Shown piece after piece: positions 41,089 through 50,712 of a stretch of DNA of 64,000 bases. The notes under the pieces were generated by a model. The model searched no databases. It was not told where the DNA came from and saw nothing but the letters and a program-made list of their open reading frames with translations. The DNA is from Candidatus Eiseniibacteriota bacterium (GTDB taxonomy: Bacteria > Eisenbacteria > RBG-16-71-46 > CAZAMP01). The DNA lies in contig OZ245046.1 in NCBI GenBank assembly GCA_965224245.1, positions 2,592,001 to 2,656,000 of the forward strand. Direction: 5' to 3'. A program made the position numbers and the translations under genes. The stretch's first letter is position 1. Each line of letters opens with the position of its first letter.

Positions 41089-41115
41089 GGCGCCCGGCGA
41101 ACCGAGAGGGCCACC

Positions 41116-43755
41116 ATGGCATCGTTGGTCATCGTCGAGTCACCGGCCAAGGCCAAGACCATCTCACGCATCCTCGGCAAGGGGTACGTGGTCGAGGCCA
41201 GCTACGGGCACGTCCGGGATCTCCCGGACAAGGCCGACGAGATCCCGGCCAGGTTCAAGAAGCAAAAGTGGGCACGCCTCGGGGTCAACGTCGAGAAAGG
41301 ATTCGATCCTCTCTACATCGTCCCCTCGGACAAGAAGAAGTACGTCAAGAAGCTCAAGGACGCCCTGGCGAAGGCGGACGAGCTCTTGCTCGCCACCGAC
41401 GAGGACCGCGAGGGCGAGTCGATCAGCTGGCACGTCGTCGAGGTCCTCAAGCCCAAGGTCCCGGTTCGCCGCATCGCGTTCCACGAGATCACGCCCGGCG
41501 CCGTTCGCGACGCGCTCCAGCACCCGCGAGACGTCGACAAGAACCTCGTCCGCGCCCAGGAGAGCCGGCGCATCCTCGACCGGCTCTACGGCTACACGCT
41601 CTCGCCGGTCCTGTGGAAGAAGGTGCGCCGCGGGCTCTCGGCCGGGCGCGTGCAGTCGGTGGCCGTGCGCCTGTGCGTCATGCGTGAGCGCGAGCGCCGG
41701 GCCTTCCGGATGGCCGCCTACTGGGACGCCGAGGCCGCGTTCGAGCACGAGGGCATCGCGTTCGGGGCGCGCCTGGCCCGCGTGGGCGACACGAAGCTGG
41801 CCAACGGACAGGACTTCGAGCAGACGACGGGGCAGCTGAAGGACGGCTCCACCGCGCTGTGGCTCCCGGACGAGGCGTCCGTCCGGGCGTTGATCGAGGC
41901 CATGCAGCGCCCCTTCACGGTCACGAAGATCGAGCGCAAGCCGATCACGCAGCGTCCCGCCCCGCCGTTCACGACGTCGTCGCTTCAGCAGGAGGCCAAT
42001 CGCAAGCTCGGCTTCGCGGCCCGGCACACGATGCGCGTGGCGCAGAAGCTGTACGAGGGCATCGACCTCGACGGCGATCGGGTCGGTCTGATCACCTACA
42101 TGCGAACCGACTCCCAGACGCTGTCGGATAAGGCCCTCGGCGACGCCGAGACCGTCATCAAGTCGATGTACGGCGACGACTACACGACCGGGCCACGCCG
42201 CTACAAGACGAAGGCCGCGAACGCCCAGGAGGCGCACGAGGCCATTCGCCCGACCGAGCTGTCCCGGACGCCCGAGTCCCTGGCGGGGGCGCTGGATCGG
42301 GACGGTCTTCGCCTGTACGAGCTCATCTGGAAGCGCACGCTCGCCTCGCAGATGGCCGACGCCAAGGTCCAGCGCACGTCGGTCGAGATCGCTGCGACGC
42401 TTCGCGGGGCACCGCATCCGGGCCCCGCCACGTTCACCGCATCGGGCAAGCAGATCCAGTTCCCCGGGTACCTCCGCGCCTACGTCGAGGGGTCGGACGA
42501 CCCCGAGGCCGAGATGGCCGACAAGGAGGTCCTCCTGCCCGCGCTGGCCGAGGGCCAGCTCCTGGATCCCCGGGAGATCGAGGCGCGCGGGCACGAGACG
42601 ACTCCCCCGGCGCGCTACACCGAGGCGAGCCTGGTCAAGAAGCTCGAGGCCGAGGGCATCGGGCGGCCGTCCACGTACGCGTCGATCATCGACACGATCC
42701 AGGCGCGCGGCTACGTGAACAAGACCGGCAACGCGCTGATCCCCACGTTCACCGCGTTCTGCGTGAACCAGCTACTCGAGAACCACTTCGGGGACTACGT
42801 CGAGCTGGAGTTCACCCGGCGCATGGAGCAGTCCCTGGACGACATCTCCGTGGGGTCCCTGGACTGGCGCGAGCACCTGGAGCGCTTCTACCGCGGCAAC
42901 GGCGGCGATCTGGGCCTGGTGCGGCGCGTCGCCACTCAGGAAGACACCATCGACTACCCGGCGATCGAGATCGGCTCGCATCCCGAGACCGGCGCCCGGA
43001 TCGTGGCCAAGGTCGGACGGTACGGTCCGTACGTCCAGCTCGGCGATGCCGAGGCGAACGGGGATCGCCTGATCGCGTCGCTCCCGGCCGACGTGGCCCC
43101 CGCCGACCTCACGATCGAGGATGCGCTGGCCCTGATCCGCAAGAAGCAGGAAGGCCCGAAGTGCGTCGGCGATGATCCCGAGACCGGGCTTCCCATCTAC
43201 GTCATGACCGGTCGCTTCGGACCGTACGTGCAGGTGGGTGAGACGCCCACCGAGAAGAAGGCCCCGAAGCCCAAGCGTGCGTCGATCCCGGCCGGGGTCT
43301 CCGAGGACGACCTGACGCTCGAGGACGCCCTCAAGTACCTCTCGCTCCCACGCACGCTGGGGCCGCATCCGGAGACCGGCGAGGACGTCATCGCGGCCAA
43401 GGGCCGGTTCGGCGCGTACATCAAGTGCGGCGACGAGAGCCGCTCGCTCCGCGGGCGCAAGGACGTCGACGTCTACACGATCGAGCTGGACGCGGCGTTG
43501 GAGATCCTGAAGCAGCCGAAGAAGGCCGGTCGCCGACGCCCGCAGCGCACCGTGCTGAAGGACCTCGGCAAGGACGAGGCCGGGAAGCCGGTGCAGATCC
43601 TCGACGGCCCATACGGACCGTACGTGACGAACGGCGACCTCAACGCCTCGATGCCGAACGGCGTCGATCCCGCCGACTACGAGCTGTCCGACGCCGTCGC
43701 CCACCTGGCGTCGAACGGCAAGGCACCGAAGCGGAGGCGCTCGCGAGCCTCCTGA
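41116..43755 (+). CDS. topA: DNA topoisomerase I with C-terminal GRFGPY-type repeats and no zinc fingers
   Basis: VIVESPAKAKTI, ATDEDREGE, SAGRVQS, catalytic ITYMRTDS, GIGRPSTY. Confidence 0.97.
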   Translation: MASLVIVESPAKAKTISRILGKGYVVEASYGHVRDLPDKADEIPARFKKQKWARLGVNVEKGFDPLYIVPSDKKKYVKKLKDALAKADELLLATDEDREGESISWHVVEVLKPKVPVRRIAFHEITPGAVRDALQHPRDVDKNLVRAQESRRILDRLYGYTLSPVLWKKVRRGLSAGRVQSVAVRLCVMRERERRAFRMAAYWDAEAAFEHEGIAFGARLARVGDTKLANGQDFEQTTGQLKDGSTALWLPDEASVRALIEAMQRPFTVTKIERKPITQRPAPPFTTSSLQQEANRKLGFAARHTMRVAQKLYEGIDLDGDRVGLITYMRTDSQTLSDKALGDAETVIKSMYGDDYTTGPRRYKTKAANAQEAHEAIRPTELSRTPESLAGALDRDGLRLYELIWKRTLASQMADAKVQRTSVEIAATLRGAPHPGPATFTASGKQIQFPGYLRAYVEGSDDPEAEMADKEVLLPALAEGQLLDPREIEARGHETTPPARYTEASLVKKLEAEGIGRPSTYASIIDTIQARGYVNKTGNALIPTFTAFCVNQLLENHFGDYVELEFTRRMEQSLDDISVGSLDWREHLERFYRGNGGDLGLVRRVATQEDTIDYPAIEIGSHPETGARIVAKVGRYGPYVQLGDAEANGDRLIASLPADVAPADLTIEDALALIRKKQEGPKCVGDDPETGLPIYVMTGRFGPYVQVGETPTEKKAPKPKRASIPAGVSEDDLTLEDALKYLSLPRTLGPHPETGEDVIAAKGRFGAYIKCGDESRSLRGRKDVDVYTIELDAALEILKQPKKAGRRRPQRTVLKDLGKDEAGKPVQILDGPYGPYVTNGDLNASMPNGVDPADYELSDAVAHLASNGKAPKRRRSRAS

Positions 43756-43787
43756 CGACGGGGAGATCTCCGCTCGCGATCGACGTC

Positions 43788-44783
43788 TCAGCCGGCGTAC
43801 GCCGAAGCGACGGCGGCGCCCCGTCCAACGCGCGGACGCGCCTCCACCGCCATTGCACGCCAGCTCTCGGCCGCACAGGCCAGACGCGACGCCGCGGCGT
43901 CGGTCGCGTGCGGGCGCCGGGCCCACCGCTGCGCGACGCTCCACGCGGCCGACACGACGTCGGCGCCGACCCGCGCCGCCATCGTGGCGATGAGCATCCG
44001 TCGCATCGTCGGCAGGGTCGTCCCGTGCGGGAGCGACGCGGCGTGGTACGAGGCCACGAGCGCGCGCATCGCCGCCGGTCCGAAGTCGGCCTCCAGCGAC
44101 GCCACGGCCAGATCCCACGCGGGGATGCTCACGAGTGCGTACTCCGGATCGATGAACCGGACCGTGTCGGGTCCCATGATGAGGTTCCCCGGCGACGGGT
44201 CTCCGTGGCAGACGACCTCGCCCGGCCATGCCCGCTCGGCCCTCCGCCATGCCAGCACGGTGCTGGTCCGGGCCCGGCGGAACGCACGCGTCAACGGCCC
44301 GCCGAGCGCCGGCGTCTGGTCGAGGTAGGCGTCGATCGCGGCCGCCGGATTCAGCCGCGGACCCCCGTCGACGAGACCGGCGAGCACACGGTGCCACTCG
44401 GCCAGGCGCGCCCCGAGCGTGGGCGCCATCGCCGCCGGCAGGCCACCTCCCGGCGCGAAGGCACGCCCCGGCAAGAACTCCCGCAGCTCGACGCCGGTGC
44501 GCGCCTCCCGGTGGAGGACGACGGGGGCGAGATCGGCCGACGCCGCGGCGTCGGCCACGCGGTCGACCCACGTGGACCGCGGCGCCCCGGGCTCGGGTAG
44601 GCGCGCGACGAGCGCGCGTCCGGCCGCGCGGACGAAGACGCTCCGCCCCGAGGTTCCCGGCAGCCGCTCGACCTCGGTGTGCGGTCGATCGATCCCGTGG
44701 GCGTGATCCAGCGCCGATCGGAGCAGGTCGCGTTCGGTCGAGGTGAGCAATCCCGTCGTCGGGCCATCCATCCGGCGCTCCAT
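43788..44783 (-). CDS. APH/choline-kinase-like phosphotransferase
   Basis: Brenner-type CHGDPSPGN and IDPEYA, WDLA. Confidence 0.75.
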   Translation of the reverse strand: MERRMDGPTTGLLTSTERDLLRSALDHAHGIDRPHTEVERLPGTSGRSVFVRAAGRALVARLPEPGAPRSTWVDRVADAAASADLAPVVLHREARTGVELREFLPGRAFAPGGGLPAAMAPTLGARLAEWHRVLAGLVDGGPRLNPAAAIDAYLDQTPALGGPLTRAFRRARTSTVLAWRRAERAWPGEVVCHGDPSPGNLIMGPDTVRFIDPEYALVSIPAWDLAVASLEADFGPAAMRALVASYHAASLPHGTTLPTMRRMLIATMAARVGADVVSAAWSVAQRWARRPHATDAAASRLACAAESWRAMAVEARPRVGRGAAVASAYAG

Positions 44784-44812
44784 CGCTGCTCGAGACGAGC
44801 TCCTCCTGGATC

Positions 44813-46816
44813 TCAGCTCACACCACTCCCGACGGGGACGTCACCGTCCACCGTCACCACGCGCAGTCGCCCGGCGGTCTTGGCCGCCAGGAGCATGCCC
44901 TGAGAATCCACGCCACGAATGCGAGCCGGCTTCAGATTGGCCACGACGACCACGAGCTTGCCCGAGATCTCGTCGGGCCGGTAGTGCTCGGCGATGCCGG
45001 CCACCAGCTGACGCGTCTCGGCGCCGAGGTCGATCGTGAGACGGAGCAGGCGATCGGCGCCCTCGACCGGCTCGGCGGTCAGCACGCGCGCGACCCGGAG
45101 CTCGGTCCTCGCGAACGTGTCGATGTCGATCAGCGTCACCCCTTCGGGATCGCCGCGATCCGGGCGCTCGCCGTCGCCGGCGTTCACGCCCGCAGCACCG
45201 CCGGAGCTCCGGCCCTTCGCGCCGCGGGCGCCACCCGAGGGTGCGGCACCACGATCGCGCAGTGTGGCCTCGGTCCGCGGCGCGGTCCGGTCGATGCGAG
45301 GGAACAAGGTCTCGAGCGTGCCGATCGGTGTGCCGGGCTCCAGAAGCCCGAACTCGAGGAGCTTCTCGAGCGTCGGCGCGGCGGCTCCGGGCACGCCCAG
45401 CATCCGGCGCAACGTCGTCATCTTCCCCGGCATGACCGGGAACAGGAGCCCCGAGACGATCCGGAGGAGCTCGGCCACGTGGTAGAGAACGGTGCCGAGC
45501 GCATCCCGCTCGCCCGCCTTTGCCAGCTTCCAGGGGGCCCTCTTGTCGAAGTAGCGATTCCCGGCCCGCACCGCGTCGATCACCATGGCGAGCCCGCGGT
45601 CCAGACCCATCGTGTCGATGCGCGCATCCATGCCGGTCACGGCGCTTCGCGCCGCCTCGGTGAGCGCCGCCTCGTCCGGGCCGGGCTCTCCGCGCGGCGG
45701 GATGACGCCGTCGAAGTCTCGCGCGATCATCTTCAGCACCCGACTCGTCAGGTTCCCGAGGTCGTTGGCCAGGTCCGCGTTGTAGCGCAGGATGAAGTTG
45801 TCCTCGGTGAACGAGGCGTCCTGACCCAGGGTCATCTCGGCCAGAAGGTAGTAGCGGAGCGCATCGATCCCGTAGCGATCCATCATGTCCATCGGGTCGG
45901 TGACGTTGCCGACCGACTTGGACATCTTCTCGCCGTCGGTCAGCCACCACCCGTGGGCGAAGAACGATCGGGGCATCGGGAGCCCGAGCGCCTTCAGCAT
46001 CGTCGGCCAGTACACCGTGTGGGTGGTGATGATGTCCTTGCCGAGAAGATGGCAGCTCACCGGCCACCACGTCCGGAACTGCTCGTCGTCACGGCGGTAG
46101 CCGATCGCGCTGATGTAGTTGACGAGCGCGTCGAACCACACGTAGCAGACGTAGTCGGTGTCGAAGGGCAGCTCGATTCCCCACGGCATCCGCGACTTGG
46201 GGCGCGAGATGCAGAGATCGCTCAGGGGCTTGCGCAGGAATCCCAGGGTCTCGTTGCGCCGAGACGCGGGCTGGATGAACTCGGGGTTCTTCTCGATGTA
46301 GTCGACGAGCCAGTCCTGGTACTTGCCCATCCGGAAGAAGTAGTTCTTCTCCGCCAGCCGCTCCACGGGCTTGCCATCGGGGCTCTTGCCGTCGACCAGC
46401 TCCTTCTCGGTGTAGAAGCGCTCGTCGGAGACCGAGTACCAGCCCTCGTAATCGTCGGCGTAGATCTCTCCGCGTGCGTGCAGGTCGGCCAGGATCTCGA
46501 CCACGACGCCGGTGTGGCGCGGCTCGGTGGTACGGATGAAGTCGTCGTAGGCGATCTCCATACGCTTCCACGCGTCCACGAAGCGAACGACGGTCCGGTC
46601 GGTCTGCTCCTGCGGCGAGATCCCCGCTACCTTGGCCGCGTCGTATACCTTCTGGCCGTGCTCGTCGGTGCCGGTCAGGAAGAACGTGGGGGTTCCGCGC
46701 AGGCGGTGGTAGCGGGCGAGCACGTCCGCGAGCACGGTCGTGTACGCGTGCCCGATGTGGGGCTTGCCGTTGACGTAGTAGATCGGCGTGGTGACGTAGA
46801 ACGACTCGACGGGCAT
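44813..46816 (-). CDS. metG: Methionine--tRNA ligase with C-terminal tRNA-binding domain
   Basis: TTPIYYVN, HIGH, YVWFDAL, KMSKS; C-terminal NLKPARIRGVDSQGMLL. Confidence 0.97.
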   Translation of the reverse strand: MPVESFYVTTPIYYVNGKPHIGHAYTTVLADVLARYHRLRGTPTFFLTGTDEHGQKVYDAAKVAGISPQEQTDRTVVRFVDAWKRMEIAYDDFIRTTEPRHTGVVVEILADLHARGEIYADDYEGWYSVSDERFYTEKELVDGKSPDGKPVERLAEKNYFFRMGKYQDWLVDYIEKNPEFIQPASRRNETLGFLRKPLSDLCISRPKSRMPWGIELPFDTDYVCYVWFDALVNYISAIGYRRDDEQFRTWWPVSCHLLGKDIITTHTVYWPTMLKALGLPMPRSFFAHGWWLTDGEKMSKSVGNVTDPMDMMDRYGIDALRYYLLAEMTLGQDASFTEDNFILRYNADLANDLGNLTSRVLKMIARDFDGVIPPRGEPGPDEAALTEAARSAVTGMDARIDTMGLDRGLAMVIDAVRAGNRYFDKRAPWKLAKAGERDALGTVLYHVAELLRIVSGLLFPVMPGKMTTLRRMLGVPGAAAPTLEKLLEFGLLEPGTPIGTLETLFPRIDRTAPRTEATLRDRGAAPSGGARGAKGRSSGGAAGVNAGDGERPDRGDPEGVTLIDIDTFARTELRVARVLTAEPVEGADRLLRLTIDLGAETRQLVAGIAEHYRPDEISGKLVVVVANLKPARIRGVDSQGMLLAAKTAGRLRVVTVDGDVPVGSGVS

Positions 46817-46885
46817 CGTCGATCTCCACCGCGCGTTCGCGCGCCTCGGCCGGGTGCCCGACGCGGCACCGGCCGACCCCCGGAC

Positions 46886-47161
46886 TCAGGCGTACTCGTT
46901 CAACGGACGCACGGTCGTGACGCTGTCCATCGGCAGCACCAGCCGGGCGTGCGTCTGCCAGACGCCCACCTTCGCGGCCTTCGCGATGTACTCGGCCTTG
47001 GACGTTCCTCCGGCGCCGTCGACGTGCTCGCCGGCACCGAACAGCACGATGCTCTCGTCGTTCATGTCGTCGCAACGCCCGATGAACACGCGATCACCGT
47101 CGGTGTCGACCACCACGGTGATCCCGTGCAGCGCGTGCTTGTCGTCGTGAAACGTGCCCAT
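46886..47161 (-). CDS. Small hypothetical protein, possible Sm/Hfq-like fold
   Basis: 91 aa, GGAG RBS, coding-like composition, beta pattern VVVDTDGDRVFIGR...LVLPMDSVTTVRPL. Confidence 0.65.
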   Translation of the reverse strand: MGTFHDDKHALHGITVVVDTDGDRVFIGRCDDMNDESIVLFGAGEHVDGAGGTSKAEYIAKAAKVGVWQTHARLVLPMDSVTTVRPLNEYA

Positions 47162-47187
47162 CGGGTCTCCCGATCGCCTACCCGGCC

Positions 47188-47622
47188 CTACGAGCCCGAC
47201 GTCGCCGCGCAGTGCGCGTCGAACGCCGCGGTGAGCTGGGCGGCGACCCCCTCGGGGGACTGGCCCTCGATCCGGTGCCGGGGCACGAAATGCACCATCT
47301 CACCGTCCTTGAACAACGCCATCGACGGGCTCGACGGCGGGACGTCGGCCAGGAACGACCGGGCCTTCGCGACGGCCTCCACGTCCTGTCCGGCGAACAC
47401 GGTGGCCGTCCGCGTGGGCGTCACGCCGTGCTGGAGCGCCATCGCGACGCCGGGGCGCGCGCTCCCGGCCGCGCAGCCGCAGACGGAGTTGAAGATCAAC
47501 AGGCCGGTTCCGCCGGACTGGTCCATCCAGCGCTGGACGTCGTCGGCCGTGAGAAGCTCGTCGACCCCGAGGCACGTGAGCTCCTCGCGCATCGGCTGGA
47601 CGAGTCGTGGGTCGTATGGCAT
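47188..47622 (-). CDS. BrxA/BrxB family bacilliredoxin
   Basis: LVQPMREEL, NSVCGCAAGSARP, TVFAGQD, PPSSPSMALFKDG, RHRIEG. Confidence 0.93.
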   Translation of the reverse strand: MPYDPRLVQPMREELTCLGVDELLTADDVQRWMDQSGGTGLLIFNSVCGCAAGSARPGVAMALQHGVTPTRTATVFAGQDVEAVAKARSFLADVPPSSPSMALFKDGEMVHFVPRHRIEGQSPEGVAAQLTAAFDAHCAATSGS

Positions 47623-47789
47623 TCGGCTTCCTCCGTTGGCCCTGTCAGGGGGCCCGGTTGGCGCGGGCGGCTCGCCCGGTGACCCGATCACCCGCGGATG
47701 TCGGCCCCGCGGGACGCCCCGGCGGCACCGGCGGTGCCGTTGGGGGGGCGTGAGTCTACCGATCGCGGAGCGGAGAAACAACCGGGTGT

Positions 47790-47828
47790 CCCGGCGGGCT
47801 CCGGGACCCCCAGGGGCCGCCCGCCGGG
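47790..47828. terminator. GC hairpin immediately after the 47829 CDS stop
   Basis: CCCGGCGGG...CCCGCCGGG; a second hairpin lies at 47714-47751. Confidence 0.35.
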
Positions 47829-49748
47829 TCAGGACATGCGGAGCTGCTGCTCGAGGAGCTTGCCGGCCACCTCGATGAAGTCGTGCTCGGTGACGATCCC
47901 GACGAGCTTCCCGTGCTCCACGACCGGCAGGCAGCCCACCCGCTCGCGGCGCATCTTCTCGATCGCGTCGACGGTCGTGGTGTCGGGAGAGACCGTGATC
48001 AGCTCGGTCTTCATGATGTCGGCCACCGAGACCGTCTGGGCGCGCTGCACGACGAGCCCACGGGCCACCAGACGCAGAAAGGCCCGGCTGGAGACCAGGC
48101 CCACCAGCTCCCCGTGATCGTCCTCGACCGGCACGTGCTTGATGTGCTCCCACTCCATCAAGCTGGCCGCCAGATCGATCAGATCGTGCGGGCGCACGGT
48201 GAAGACGTTGCGGGTCATGAACTGGCCGACCGTCAGGTAGCTCTCGCGCCAGTCCTCGGTCTCCGACGTGGACAGCGGAGGCCAGGTGTGCACGGCGTCC
48301 CCGCGCTCCTGGCGGGCGATGGTCGCGGTGGTGAGCGTCCGGAGGTGGTGGTCCTTCACGTCCGAGATCTTGCACAAGTTGCCGAACGCCTCCAGCGCCC
48401 ACGTGGCGCCGGTCCGTCCGGTCTCCGCGCGATCGGAGACGATCCCGAGGTATCGCTCGATGTCGCGCGCATCGACCCCGGCCGCCGCCAGCCCGGACCG
48501 CGCCTCGGGCAGGAGCTTCGACAGGATCAGCTCCCGAGCCGGGTACGTCTTGCCGTCGAGCCACGTGAACTGCGCGTTCAGCCCGTAGCGGGCGGCCTGG
48601 ATGAAGTTCTCCTTGGCGTGCTCGAACGGCATGATATCGGAGACGTCCTCCAGCGCCGCCGCGAACGTGGACATCAGACCGAAGAAGAACGCGGCGTTCG
48701 CGATCTCGTCCACGACGGTGGGGCCCGCCGGCAGCGCCCGGTTCTCGATCCGGAGGTGCGCCTGGCCGTCGTTGACGCCGTAGCAGGCGCGGTTCCACCG
48801 GTACACGGTGCCGTTGTGCAGCCGGAGCGCCGAGAGCGGCGGTGCGATGCCCCGGCGCACGAGATCCAGCGGCTCCTCGTCGATCCCGGTGGCGAGCACG
48901 ACCCGGAACCGGGCGATGTCCTCGCGGAAGATCTCCAGGACCGAGTCCTTGACCCACCGCTCACCGAAACTGACCCGTTCGGGTGATCCGCGCTCCAGAT
49001 GCAGTGGCGTCCGGATGTCGACCGACTGCTGAAACAGCGCGACTCGCGTCTCTCGCCAGAGCCGCTGCCCGAGCATCATCGGAGAGTTGACCGCGGCGGC
49101 GAGCACCGGAGCGGAGACCGCCTGCGCCAGGTTGTACAGCCGCGCGAACTCGTCCGGGGAGACCTGGAAGTGAACCTGAAAGCTCGTGTTGCACGACTCG
49201 AGCATGATGTTGTCGTGGCTGGCTTCGAGCTCGTCGATCCCCTTGATCGACACGTGGAACTTGCCGCCGCGCATGCGCGCCATCTCGCGATTGAGCGCGA
49301 AGTAGCGCGGGTTCGGCGTCATGTTGTCCAGCGAGAGATCGGACCAGCGCAACGTGGGCAGGATTCCGGTCAGGATCACGCGGGCACCGTAGGCCCGCGC
49401 CCCGGTCCTGGCCATCGTGACGACCTCGTCGAGGGCCTGCTCCATCCGGTGGAGGCAGTCGCCGCCGAACTCGATCGGCGCCATGTTGGCTTCGAGGTTG
49501 AACCGGGCCAGCTCGGTCGTGAACCGGGGATCGTCGATCTGATCCAGCACCTCGGTGGCCAGCGGCGCGGCCCGCCCCGCCCGATCCACGAGGAACATCT
49601 CCTGCTCGGCCCCGATGCGCCGCTGGCCGGCCTCGATCATGCCGTTCTCGAGCATGTACTCGAGGGCCTGCACGTCCTGGAGCAGGTTGCGCATGAAGGC
49701 CCGGAGCTGCTGCTCGTTGAGCTGATCGGAGACGTTCTGCTCGCCCAC
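47829..49748 (-). CDS. Glutamate--cysteine ligase (GCS2) family protein fused to tandem CBS domains
   Basis: IGAEQE, TTELARFNLE, QVHFQV, HNGTVYRWNR, LRIENR; C-terminal CBS pair (VGQFMT...LVGIVTEHD). Confidence 0.88.
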   Translation of the reverse strand: MGEQNVSDQLNEQQLRAFMRNLLQDVQALEYMLENGMIEAGQRRIGAEQEMFLVDRAGRAAPLATEVLDQIDDPRFTTELARFNLEANMAPIEFGGDCLHRMEQALDEVVTMARTGARAYGARVILTGILPTLRWSDLSLDNMTPNPRYFALNREMARMRGGKFHVSIKGIDELEASHDNIMLESCNTSFQVHFQVSPDEFARLYNLAQAVSAPVLAAAVNSPMMLGQRLWRETRVALFQQSVDIRTPLHLERGSPERVSFGERWVKDSVLEIFREDIARFRVVLATGIDEEPLDLVRRGIAPPLSALRLHNGTVYRWNRACYGVNDGQAHLRIENRALPAGPTVVDEIANAAFFFGLMSTFAAALEDVSDIMPFEHAKENFIQAARYGLNAQFTWLDGKTYPARELILSKLLPEARSGLAAAGVDARDIERYLGIVSDRAETGRTGATWALEAFGNLCKISDVKDHHLRTLTTATIARQERGDAVHTWPPLSTSETEDWRESYLTVGQFMTRNVFTVRPHDLIDLAASLMEWEHIKHVPVEDDHGELVGLVSSRAFLRLVARGLVVQRAQTVSVADIMKTELITVSPDTTTVDAIEKMRRERVGCLPVVEHGKLVGIVTEHDFIEVAGKLLEQQLRMS

Positions 49749-49775
49749 TCGGACCCCGCTTCGTGGCCGCGAAAG

Positions 49776-49820
49776 CTCATTAATGAGAATAGCTTAGAAA
49801 GAAGCCAGGAACCCGCGCAA
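49776..49820 (-). promoter_or_regulatory. Candidate promoter with adjacent palindromic operator
   Basis: TTGCGC-N18-TAAGCT on the minus strand, followed by the perfect palindrome CTCATTAATGAG (49776-49787). Confidence 0.45.
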
Positions 49821-49878
49821 CTGAATTCCTCGGCGCCGGCGACGGTGAGGCGCCGCGCTGGTCGGCGCGCAGCGCCGG

Positions 49879-50712
49879 TCAACGCACGGCGTTCAGCCGC
49901 CAGTCGTACTCGCCGTACTCCTGGGTACCGAAGCGCGCCGTCGGCGCGCGGCGCCCGCCGGGCTCGCTCGCATCGTCACGATGCCGCGCGATGAACGCCG
50001 CCACCGAGCCCGCCGCGACGACGAAGTCGGATCGGTACCACTCGAAGATCCTCGAGAGCACGACGCCGGTGTCGGTCAGGCGAACCCAGCGCGGATCGGC
50101 GAGCGCCCGGCGTGTCACGAGCTCCAGCTGCTCGTCGAGCTCCTCCCCCTCGAACGGCCAGGCCTGGAGCGGCGGGCACCCGAGGGACGCACAGGAGAGC
50201 GCGAAGTGCACCCGCGGATCGCCGAAGGTCTTGCGGATGACGCCGTTCTCGACGTCGTCGAGCGAGCGCGCCCGACCGTCCACGCGCACGCACGGCTCGG
50301 TCCACACCCGGCCGGGATCGTCGGGATGGATCGCGCGAATCGATTCGATCGGGTACGCCGCGAGGACGGCCCGGAGGGTGGCCGCGTTGTACAGGTTGAT
50401 CCAGTAGGCCAGCGCATCGGCCGGCCCGAACGTCGCCGGCGAGAGGCGCTCGAGCGAGGCGACGTAGCTCTCGAGCGCGGCGCGGTCGGTGTTCGAGGCC
50501 ACCCACGCGGCATAGTCGACACGATCCCCGACCACGTAGCGCTCGAGCAGCACACCGAACGCGTCGTGGACCCCGGGCGGCACCGCCGGCGTGGACCGAT
50601 CGCCTCCCCCCGCGACCGCGCTCGCGGGCTGGAGCCCGATCGCGGTCCACACGACCCATGCGAGCCGGGCGGCCCGGGCCGCCCCGAGCGTGGTAGCCGC
50701 GGTGTCGATCAT
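49879..50712 (-). CDS. DUF547 domain protein (exported)
   Basis: VDYAA, WINLYNA, LDDVENG, DPRVHFALSCASLGCP, SRIFEWY, YDWRLN. Confidence 0.9.
   Translation of the reverse strand: MIDTAATTLGAARAARLAWVVWTAIGLQPASAVAGGGDRSTPAVPPGVHDAFGVLLERYVVGDRVDYAAWVASNTDRAALESYVASLERLSPATFGPADALAYWINLYNAATLRAVLAAYPIESIRAIHPDDPGRVWTEPCVRVDGRARSLDDVENGVIRKTFGDPRVHFALSCASLGCPPLQAWPFEGEELDEQLELVTRRALADPRWVRLTDTGVVLSRIFEWYRSDFVVAAGSVAAFIARHRDDASEPGGRRAPTARFGTQEYGEYDWRLNAVR

Noticed and set aside
47188..48957. 589-aa ORF suggesting a large bacilliredoxin fusion
   Set aside because: The upstream part overlaps the ligase out of frame; a GGAGG RBS supports the start at 47622.
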